Assembly (NCBI GenBank): GCA_951406725.2
Contig: OX597827.1
Span: forward strand, 64,046,001 to 64,110,000
DNA from: Octopus vulgaris
Lineage: Eukaryota
Direction: 5' to 3'
DNA: 64,000 nucleotides
The first letter of the stretch is position 1, and the number at the start of each line of letters is the position of its first letter. Both the position numbers and the translations under genes were made by a program. Below, piece by piece: positions 52,822 to 64,000 of this stretch. The notes below the pieces were generated by a model. The model was not told the DNA's origin, did not search any database, and saw only the letters and a program-made list of their open reading frames with translations.

Positions 52822-52865
<44 letters not shown>

Positions 52866-53603
52866 CTTGTGAAGACCTATTGAGGCAAGTGAAATCAAAT
52901 CAAAATTGCTGACGTATCCGATGACAGTACCACCTGATTGGCACTCACACCAGTGGAATGTTAAAAGCACATCCGAGTGTTTGTTGCCAGGGTCACAGAT
53001 TGGTTGCCATGCTGGTGGCATGTAAAAAGTTCCATTTGAGCATGCTTGTTGCTAGCGTTGCCTTACTGGCACATGTGCCGGTGGCACGTGAAAAACAACA
53101 TTCGAGCGTGGTCGTTGCTAGTGTTGCCAGATTGGCTCCAGTGCAGATGGCATGTAAAAAACACCTTTTGAGCATGGTCATTGCCAGAAGCATCTGACTG
53201 GCCCTCCTGCCGGTGGAACATAAAAGCACCCACTACACTCTTGGAGTGGTTGGCATTTGGAAGGGCATCTAGCTGTAGAAACTTTGCCAGATCAGATTTG
53301 AGCCTGGTGCACCCTTCTGGCTCACCAGCCCTCAGTCAAACCGTTGAACCCATGCCAACATGGGAAGCAGATGTTAAACGACGACAATGATGATATGTGT
53401 GTGTGTGTGTGTGTGTGTGCGCGCGCACGTGTGTTTTAAGATCTCATACTTATTTTATAGGTGCTTATCTTGCTGAACCGCTAGGGTCGTTCTTTGTGTT
53501 ACTTGTCCCGTTTTCCAATTGTTTCTCCCATTGTTTGCATATTGATCTCATTTGTTTTCGTATTTCATGTTGTTTAGTGTTGGTGACGTCCTGTACCCAT
53601 ATA

Positions 53604-53640
<37 letters not shown>

Positions 53641-53869
53641 TATATTGTTATTCGATGTGACTCTATACTGCTAAAGGGGAAAGACTCTAAGAAACCTAAG
53701 ATGTTAATACAGAAGAAATTTTATTTAGGGGCACTATGGGGGAACTGTTTATAGACAATATTGTTATGTTGGATAAAAATAAAATTTAAGAATTTCAAAA
53801 ATGATATCATAACCAAAATAGGTAAACCACTAAACCACGCACCTTCACTCATACATACATACATGTATG

Positions 53870-53922
<53 letters not shown>

Positions 53923-54291
53923 CATCAAGAACAGGAGAACACCAATGAGTGAAAAATATGTAAACACATAATGAGAGAAAAGTACAAGACAAAATGTCAC
54001 AAAATGTCAAACCCCTCCTCATCTGTCGACTGCTAATTACTCCCTATTTCGAATGTATGAATGTGTGTATGTATGCGTGTGTGTGTGTATGTATGTATGT
54101 ATACATGTATCTATGTATGTATGTATGTGTGTGTGTGTGTATATGTATATATACATATGTATATATTTATACATAGACATATATCTATAGATATACACAT
54201 ATATATGCATACACACACACATATATATATACACATATATTGGCCCAGGCGTTGCTGTCTGGTAAGATGATATGTGTGTGTCTGTGTGCAT

Positions 54292-54351
<60 letters not shown>

Positions 54352-54929
54352 CTGTGTCTGTACCCTCACCTCACTACCACTGCTGGAAAACTGGTGTTGG
54401 CGAGTATACGTTCTCATAACTTTGCAGGTCGGCAAAGAGAACCAATAGAATTAGTACAAGGGGGCAGGCATTCCTTTGGAGATGGTATCACCAAAGGGAA
54501 AATGAAAATTGGCAATTTCCATAATTTTTTTCTATTTCTTTAACTTAATGCATAAATACAAACATATATACACAAAATATATATAAACATAAGCGATTCG
54601 TGGAAACATAAAGAAAAACAATGTATATATATATATTTATGTATATATGCATGTGTATATATACCCATGTATGTATGTGTGAGTGTGTGTGTGATCAAGT
54701 GTATTCGAGTAGGTGGTTCATTGTTTAAACCCGTCGTGGACATGAAAGTCAATGGGTGTGCCTCTCTGCATGTGTGTAAGCGTTGGAAGAGAGAGAGAGG
54801 GGGAGAGAAAGTGATAGACAGAGAGAGAAAGTGAGACAGACAAACAGACAGATAGACATACAGACAGATAGACATACAGACAGAGCAAACGTGGGTTTCA
54901 GTGTTCATCTAATGCCTTTGTATTTTTTG

Positions 54930-55730
54930 TGTGTGTATGTATGTATGTATGTATGTATGCGTGTATGTATGTATGCATGTATGTATGTATGCATGCATGC
55001 ATGTATGTATGCATGTATGTATGTATGCATGTATGTATGCATGTATGTATGCATGTATGTATGTATGCATGTATGTATGCATGTATGTATGTATGCATGC
55101 ATGCATGCATGTATGTATGTATGTATGCATGTATGCATGTATGTATGCATGCATGTATGTATGTATGTATGTATGCATGCATGCATGTATGTATGTATGT
55201 TTGTGTATGCATGCATGCATGTATGTATGTATGTATGTATGTATGTATGCATGCATGTATGTATGCATGCATGTATGCATGTATGTATGCATGCATGTAT
55301 GTATGTGTATTTGTATGTATGCATGCATGCATGTATGTGTATTTGTATGTATGCATGCATGCATGTATGTGTATTTGTATGTATGCATGCATGCATGTAT
55401 GTATGTATGTATGTATGTATGTATGCATGTATGCATGTATGTATGTATGTATGCATGTATGCATGTATGTATGTATGCATGTATGCATGCATGTATGCAT
55501 GCATGCATGCATGTATGTATGTATGTATGCATGCATGTATGTATGTATGTATGTATGCATGTATGTATGTATGTATGTATGTATGTATGTATGCATGCAT
55601 GCATGTATGTATGCATGCATGTATGTATGTATGTATGCATGTATGTATGTATGTGTTTATGTGCATGTGCGTACATGTATGTATGCGTGTATCTATTTAT
55701 GTATGTATGTATGTATGTATGTATGTATGA
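54930..55730. repeat. Compound (GTAT)/(GCAT) microsatellite
   Basis: Directly visible in the sequence. Confidence 0.98.
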
Positions 55731-56614
55731 ATGTATATTTATGTATGTGTATGAATATGTGTGTGTGTCAGCATGTGCGTGCTGGTGTGTGTGTGTATGC
55801 ACGTACATATAAAAATTAAAGAAATCATATATTTTTACAGAAATTGCCGAATGTATAACGCGTCTGGTGCCTTCGATGATTGCATGAAGACAGCAGATGT
55901 GTTATAAAATGCAGTCTGAATTGTTTTCAAACCTTGAAACTTTTAGTAGGTCATAAGAAATATGTTTAACGTTTATTAAAGAATAGGCATTCTTTTGATA
56001 TAACTCGGCAAAATCAAAACGTTTCACTTTGGGTATTTGCGCGGAAGCAAATGACAGTTCGATTCTGTTTTCTGCTTGGAAATTTGCGGTTTTTACATAC
56101 ACACATAAAACAAGTAAGAAACAAATATGCAAGGCATTTTTTCTTCAAATTTGAAATGAGACATTGCTGGCATAATTTCGTTATATCATAATTTCGATCA
56201 ACATCAATGGAAATTGTAGCTGTGATACCAGTGCTGGTGGCTCGTAAGCGAACCATCTGAATGTGGCCGTTGCCAGCGCCGCCCCGATGAGCCTCCGTGC
56301 TGGTGGCACGTAAAAAGCCCCATCCGATCGTGGCTGCTGCCAGCCTCGCCTGGCCCCCATGCCGGTGGCACGTTGAAAGCACCATCCGACCGTGGCTGTT
56401 TGCCAGCCCTGTCTGACACCTGTGCTGGTGGCACATAAAAAGCACCCACTACACTCACGGAGTGCTTGGCATCAGGAAGGGCATCCAGCCGTAGAAACAT
56501 TGCCAGATCAGACTGGGCCTGGTGCAGCCTTCTGGCTTCCCAGACCCCAGTTGAACCGTCCAACCCATGCTAGCATGGAATGCGGATGCTAAATGATGAT
56601 GATGATCTATACTC

Positions 56615-57095
56615 CACATCAGATTCACTACCAAATGCAGGTTGGTGAATGCAATCGTCTTCCCAATAGTAACAAATGGATGCGAGACCTGGACACTAAA
56701 GAAAGCTGACCAGAAGAGAATTAATGCATTCGAGCTTTAGTGTTGGAGAAAACTTTTACAGATTCCATGGACAGCGAGGGTCACCAATGATGAAGTTCTT
56801 AACCAGATCAAGCCGAAACTGTCGCTAGAAGCTAGGATCACCAAGCATAGATTGGCATATTTTGGTCATATTATGCGGAGAAAATCCCTGGAGAAGGACA
56901 TCATGCTCGGAATGGTCAGTGGCAAGAGAGGAAGGGGCTGACCAAGAACCCACTGGCTTGACACCATCAAGAGTGACACGGGAATGGCCATAGCCAATCT
57001 GAAAGAAGTGACACTGGATAGAACTGGCTGGAGAACAATGATCCGTCGAGTAACTGAGAGTTGATTTTGACTGAACGGATAGATAGATAGATACT
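56615..57095 (+). mobile_element. RTE/BovB-like LINE 3' end
   Basis: TKCRLVNAIVFPIVTNGCETWTLKKAD.KRINAFEL.CWRKLLQIPWTAR..AYFGHIMRR.SLEKDIMLG..GKRGRG.PRTHWLD, followed by an (ATAG)n tail. Confidence 0.9.
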
Positions 57096-58521
57096 TCACA
57101 ACCCACAGAAATACCCGATGAACGGATAGATAGACACTCCACAACCCACGGAAATATCCGAAGTGAAATGTCCAGATTTTGTCCAGTTATACTCTTTTAC
57201 TCTTTTACTTGTTTCAGTCATTTGACTGCGGCCATGCTGGAGTACCACCTTTAATCGAGCAACTCGACCCCGGGACTTATTCTTTGTAAGCCCAGTACTT
57301 ATTCTATCGGTCTCTTTTGCCGAACCGCTAAGTGACGGGGACATAAACACACCAGCATTGGTTGTCAAGCAATGCTAGGGGGACAAACACGGACACACAA
57401 ACACACACCTACATATATATATGTATACATATATACGACGGGTTTCTTTCAGTTTCCGTCTACCAAATCCCCTCGCAAGGCTTTGGTCGGCCCAAGGCTA
57501 TAGTAGAAGACACTTGCCCAAGGTGCCACGCAGTGGGACTGAACCCGGAACCATGTGGTTGGTAAGCAAGCTACTTACCACACAGCCACTTCTGCGCCTA
57601 TCGAAGGAATGCCAAAGAAATACTTATCGGCTGCTAGAAGGAGTACTTTATTTGTTGATCTTACCATAGTGGAACAGTACACTGTATACCTTCTCTTTCT
57701 TATCTTTTATTTGCTTCAGTCAAACTGCGGCCATGCTGGGGCACAGCCTTGAAGAAGTTTTAGACAAAAGGACCGACCCAGTACTTAATTTTTGTTAAGC
57801 CTGATACCTATTCTATCGCTTCTCTTTTGTCAAACTGCTAAGTTACAGGGATGTAAACACACCAACACTGGTTGTCAAGCGGTGGTGGGAGACAAATACA
57901 GACATGAAGACTGACAGACAGACACACACAAACGACGGTCTTCTTTCAGTTTCCATCTGCAAATCCACTTACAAGGCTTTGGTTAACTCGAGGCTATAAT
58001 AGAAGACACTGGCGGTGAGCTGGCAGAAATGTTAGCACTCCAGACAAAATGCTTAGCGGTATCTTGCCTGCTGTTATGTTTTGAGTTCAAATTCCGCCGA
58101 GGTCGACTTTGCCTTTCATCCTTTCAGGGTTGATTAAATAAGTACCAGTTACGCACTGGGGTCGATATAATCGACTTAAACCGTTTGTCTGTCCTTGTTT
58201 GTCCTCTCTGTGTTTAGCCCCTTGTGGGTAGTAAAGAAATAGAAATAGGTATTACGTTTCTTTCGACCTATGTATGTATCTACTTTCCGCACCACCACCA
58301 CCATCATCGACATTTATTGGATTTTCTTGAGAATTTTTTTAAGAAGTCTTTTCTTAGTGGTCAGACCATATTGGGTCTACATCTAGCATATTGGATGTCC
58401 ACTTAGTGGTCATCCCTCTTATATGTATGTAATATAATTTTTCTGAGTCTTCAGATTTTTTCAATATGCTAGGCCACTGGCTTAAATTGATATTTATCAT
58501 CAAATTAATATTCAATTTATG

Positions 58522-58578
<57 letters not shown>

Positions 58579-58948
58579 CATTATATAGCACCTTTGCACA
58601 AGTTGATCCGGAGCTAATGTAGAAGGCACTTTCCTAACGTGCTGCGCTGTGGAACTGAACGCAAAAATACCTGTTTGCTTTTTAACAACACGGGTATACT
58701 TGTGCCTAGTCCTGAATTTTCCTAATTCAAAAATGACATGGATATTTCCACAAAACAAGATCCACGTTTTATTTATGATCTGTTACTGTATGCTGTTAAC
58801 CGTTATTTTATATATCATATATTCTGAATCACAACTGTCTGACAAATGGGAACATAAAACTGAGTAGCAGTTTTTTTTTCTTTCTGGTATTTCTGTGATG
58901 AAATCAATAATAAATCTCTGAACGAGATATAAACAGTAACTGCACGTC

Positions 58949-59456
58949 AATGTGAGGTATACTTGCCATCTCAATATGTATTTCACTACTGCCCACAAGG
59001 GGCTAAACACAGAGGGGACAAACAGATTATGTCGATCACATCGACACCAAGGCGTAACTGGTACTTAATTTATCGACCCCGAAAGGATGAAAGGCAAAGT
59101 CGACCTCGGCGGAATTTGAACTCGGAATGTTACAGCAGACGAAATACGGCTACGCATTTCGCCCGGCATGCTAACGAGTCTGCCAGCTTGCCGCCTTTTG
59201 TCATCTCAATATGGCTAACCACTAAGGGTGGGTGTTACTGCAGCTTGTAGCCCCAGGAAAACATCGTCTCCAGCTGGCTTTAGGCACACTTTCTGTGCCC
59301 TTATGGTATTTGCAAAGGGAGGTCTTGCAAGTACCATAAGGGCACAGAAAGTATGCCTAAAGCCAGCTGGAGACGATGTTCTCCTGGGGCCACAAGCTAC
59401 AGTAACACCCACCCTTAGTGGTTAGCCATATTGAGATGGCAAGTATACCTCACATT
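58949..59456. mobile_element. Fold-back MITE (~135-bp arms) with a SINE inserted in the left arm
   Basis: Arms AATGTGAGGTATACTTGCCATCTCAATATGGCT.. / ..AGCCATATTGAGATGGCAAGTATACCTCACATT. The SINE at 58980-59200 is flanked by TSD CATCTCAATATG. Confidence 0.9.
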
Positions 59457-61160
59457 TCTGTGATGATTTTGCAGTTATAATAATCATTTCTACTAAAAGC
59501 ACAAAGTCTGAAATTTTTCGGGAGGAGGCCTGTTGATTAGATCAACCCTAATATGCAGCTGGTACTTAATTTATCGACCCAGAAATGATGAAAGGTAAAG
59601 TCGACCTCGGCGTAACTTGAACTCAGGACGTAGCGACAGGCGAAATACCGCTAAACATTTTGTCCAGCGTTTTAACGGGTCTGTCAGCTTGCTGCCTTTG
59701 CAGCTTTAGTAATAATGCTTATTACTCTACATTCGGTATTCAAGTACTATGTTTTCCCACCTTGTTTCGCATTTATATGTTTACTCTGGTATATATGTGT
59801 GTGTGTGGGAATTTGTGTTGCAAGATTCCTGATGTTAAGTCATGTGTTGAAACAGATATTGTTGTATTTTGAAATGGTCATTCCTTTTTTTGTGTATGTG
59901 TGCCAAATAAGCACACACATGATATATTCATTCTTCATTCATTTATTACTGTTCTTATTCTAACACATGTCCATTGTCCAGAAATCTTTCATCACACATC
60001 TGTGACCTCCTTTGCGACACTTTCCGTCTTTGTGTGTGCTCTTGCTCTGCTTAGTCCATTCATCATCATCATCATCATCATCATCATCGTTTAACGTCCA
60101 TTCTCCATGCTAGCATGGGTTGGACAGCTCGACCGGGGATCTGGGAAGCCAGAAGGCTGCACCAGGCTCCAGTCTGATCTGGCAGTGTTTCTACAGCTGG
60201 ATGCCCTTCCTAATGCCAACCACTCCGTGGGTGTAGTGGGTGCTTTTTACATGCCACCTGCACAGGTGCCAAGCAAGGCTGGCAATGGCCACGATCGGAT
60301 TGGTGCATTTTACATGCCACCGGCACGGAAGCCAGTCGAGGCAGCACTGGCATCAGCCACGATTCGGATGGTGCTTTTTACGTGCCACCGGCACGGAAGC
60401 CAGTCAAGGCGGCGCTGGCATCGGCCATAATTCGAATAGCGCTTTTTACGTGCCACCGGCATGGAAGCCAGTCGAGGCGGCGCTGGCATCGGCCACCATT
60501 CTGTTATTCAATTCTGTTCTGGAAGAACGGAATGGAATAAACAGAGCAAAAGCACACAGAAAGACGGGAAGTGTTGCTGAACAGGTCACAGGTGAGTAAC
60601 AAAGGAACGAATATATAGTGTGTGTGTATATTTGGCAAAAAAAAAATGATCGTCCTGAAATACAACAATATATATAGGAGCACTCTGTCGGTTACGACGA
60701 TGAGGGTCCCAGCTGATTCAATCAACGGAACAGCTTGCTCGTGAAATTAACGTGCAAGTGGCTGAGCACTCCACAGACATGTGTACCCATAACCTAGTTT
60801 TCAGGAAGATTTGGTGTGACACAGAGCGTGATAAGGCTGGCCCCTTGAAACATAGGTACCACTCATTTTTGCCAGCTGAGTGGACTGGAGCAACGTGAAA
60901 TAAAGTGTCTTGCTCAAGGACACAATGCATCACTGAGAATTGAACACACGACGTTTCAATCGTGAGCCGAATGCCCTAACCACTAAGGCAGGTGCCTTCA
61001 CACAACATCCCCCACATTGCATATATATATATATATATATATATGTATAAAAAATATATATAAAAATACAAAATGGGACAAGAACGTTCTTGTCCCATTT
61101 TGTATTTTTATATATATTTTTTATACATATATTATTGTGGCGTAACATACACCTTGTTCT

Positions 61161-61227
<67 letters not shown>

Positions 61228-62029
61228 ATTCTGATGAATTAGGTACTTAAGGTGAGGCAACAGAATGTAGTATGGTATTATCCAAACAGTTTGAAAGTAA
61301 GGTGATTAAAATCAAAATAAGCAATAGGATATCCAGAGGTAATGCAAGCGACTCCATTTAATTGAACAATGCAACCATTACCTCAACTTAAATCAACACA
61401 TTAGTATAATTTTACCTTAAAACCTCCAAGAAGGTAAGGAGATAGACAAAGATCATGCTGTCTTCACTTCAGCTTAGAAGCTACTATAGGATATATTAAA
61501 TTTCTGAGCGAAATATGAACAGTAGCAAAACGGAAACTTCCTGGGTCTATTAACGTCAGTGGCACTGTCCGGTATAGGGCACCACACTTTGGTTGGCAAT
61601 TAAATGTGTGTGTGTGTGTGTGTGTAGGCGCAGGGGTGGCTGTGTAGTTATGTAGTTATTAGCTTGCTTATCAACCACATGGTTCTGGGTTCAGTCCCAC
61701 AGCGTGGCACCTTGGGCAAGTGGTAAGTGCCTTCTACTATAGCCTCGGGCCGACCAAAGCATTGTGAGTGGATTCGGGGTAGACAGAAACTGAAAGAAGC
61801 CCGTCGTGTATATACATATATATATATATATATTACGGAGATGTACTTGCATAGCTAGTGATTTGATCTGAGATCATGTCGACAACCGATGATGTTGTGT
61901 TTACATCCCCCTAACTTAGCAGTTCAGCAAAATAGACCGATAAAATAAGTACCAAGCTTGCAAAGAATAAGTCTTGCAACATTTAAGAAACACACAAAAG
62001 CCATTCGATTCACTTCAACATTTAAGTTT

Positions 62030-62264
62030 AATATATATATATATATATACACATACATACATACATATATATATATACATACATACATATATATATACAT
62101 ACATATATATATATACATACATACATATATATACATACATACATATATATACATACATACATATATATATACATACATACATATATATATACATACATAC
62201 ATATATATATATACATACATATATATATATACATACATACATATATATATACATACATACATAC

Positions 62265-62295
<31 letters not shown>

Positions 62296-62594
62296 CATAC
62301 ATACATATATATATACATATACATATACATACATACATATATATATATACATACATACATACATATATATATATATACATACATACATACATATATATAT
62401 ATATACATACATACATACATATATATATATATACATACATACATATATATATACATACATACATATATATATATACATACATACATATATATATACATAC
62501 ATACATATATATATACATACATACATATATATATACATACATACATATATATATACATACATACATATATATACATACATACATATATATATAC

Positions 62595-62625
<31 letters not shown>

Positions 62626-62626
62626 C

Positions 62627-62659
<33 letters not shown>

Positions 62660-62737
62660 CATACATATATATATATACATACATACATACATATATATAC
62701 ATACATACATATATATATACATACATATATATATACA

Positions 62738-62773
<36 letters not shown>

Positions 62774-62972
62774 TATATATACATACATATATATATATAT
62801 ATATACATACATACATATATATATATACATACATACATATATATATACATACATATATATATACATACATACATATATATATATACATACATATATATAT
62901 ATATATATACATACATATATATATATATATATATACATACATATATATATATACATACATACATATATATAT

Positions 62973-63015
<43 letters not shown>

Positions 63016-63620
63016 CATATATATATATATATATACATACATATATATATATATATATACATACATACATATACATACATACATATATATATATACATAC
63101 ATATATATATATACATACATATATATATATATATATACATACATATATATATATATACATACATACATACATACATATATATATACATACATACATACAT
63201 ACATATATATATACATACATACATACATATATATATATATATACATACATATATATATATACATACATACATACATATATATATACATACATACATACAT
63301 ACATATATATATATATATACATACATACATACATATATATATACATACATACATACATATATATATGCATACATACATATATACATATATATACATACAT
63401 ACATATATACATATATATACATACATACATATATATATATATATACATACATACATATATATATATACATACATACATACATATATATATATACATACAT
63501 ACATACATACATATATATATATACATACATACATACATATATATATATACATACATACATACATATATATATATACATACATACATACATATATATACAT
63601 ACATACATACATATATATAC

Positions 63621-63675
<55 letters not shown>

Positions 63676-63700
63676 TATATACATATACACACACATATAT
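62030..63700. repeat. 1.7-kb compound (AT)n/(ACAT)n microsatellite
   Basis: Directly visible; the source of the spurious ~600-aa ORFs. Confidence 0.98.
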
Positions 63701-63926
63701 ATGATCGTGTGTGTATATATTTGTGTGTCTGTGTTTGTCTCTCCAACATCGCTTGACAACCGATGCTCGTGTGTTTACATTCCCGTAACTTAGCAGTTCA
63801 GCAAAATAGACCGTTAAAATAAGTACCAAGCTTGCAAAGAATAAGTCTTGCGATCGATTTGCTCAACTAAAAGCAGTGCTCCGGCATGGTCGCAGTCAAA
63901 TGACTGAAACAAGTAAAAGAATAAAA

Positions 63927-63975
<49 letters not shown>

Positions 63976-64000
63976 CGCAGGAGTGACTGTGTGGTAAGTA

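Noticed and set aside
61924-63829. 570-611 aa ORFs on both strands
   Set aside because: These are translations of an (AT)/(ACAT) microsatellite that lacks stop codons. The same applies to the ORFs at 4.2-6.5 kb, 20.9-22.3 kb and 54.8-55.8 kb.

Overview
Eukaryotic (metazoan), AT-rich, repeat-dominated genomic DNA. The tRNA-derived SINE families, dense (AT)n/(GT)n/(ACAT)n/(TTA)n microsatellites and Penelope-like debris strongly suggest an octopus/coleoid cephalopod genome (inference, not database-checked). Almost all ORFs in the track are microsatellite or SINE artefacts. Supported content: a disrupted Tx1/L1-type LINE, R4/Dong-type and RTE LINE fragments, decayed Tc1, mariner and Tigger transposons, MITEs, a ~177-bp satellite array, and a ~50-kb-offset segmental duplication (1.4-9.5 kb vs 51.8-63.9 kb). 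Two less obvious elements stand out. (1) A minus-strand orphan gene (39570-40286) encodes a protein starting MGSAIFCC, a putative dual-acylation anchor, followed by Lys-rich and very acidic tracts; it has a disrupted paralog at ~24.9-25.2 kb whose differences are almost all amino-acid-changing. (2) Type I hammerhead ribozyme motifs with long stem II occur at 51723-51821 (-) and 49763-49854 (+), together with decayed copies and Penelope-like fold-back palindromes.
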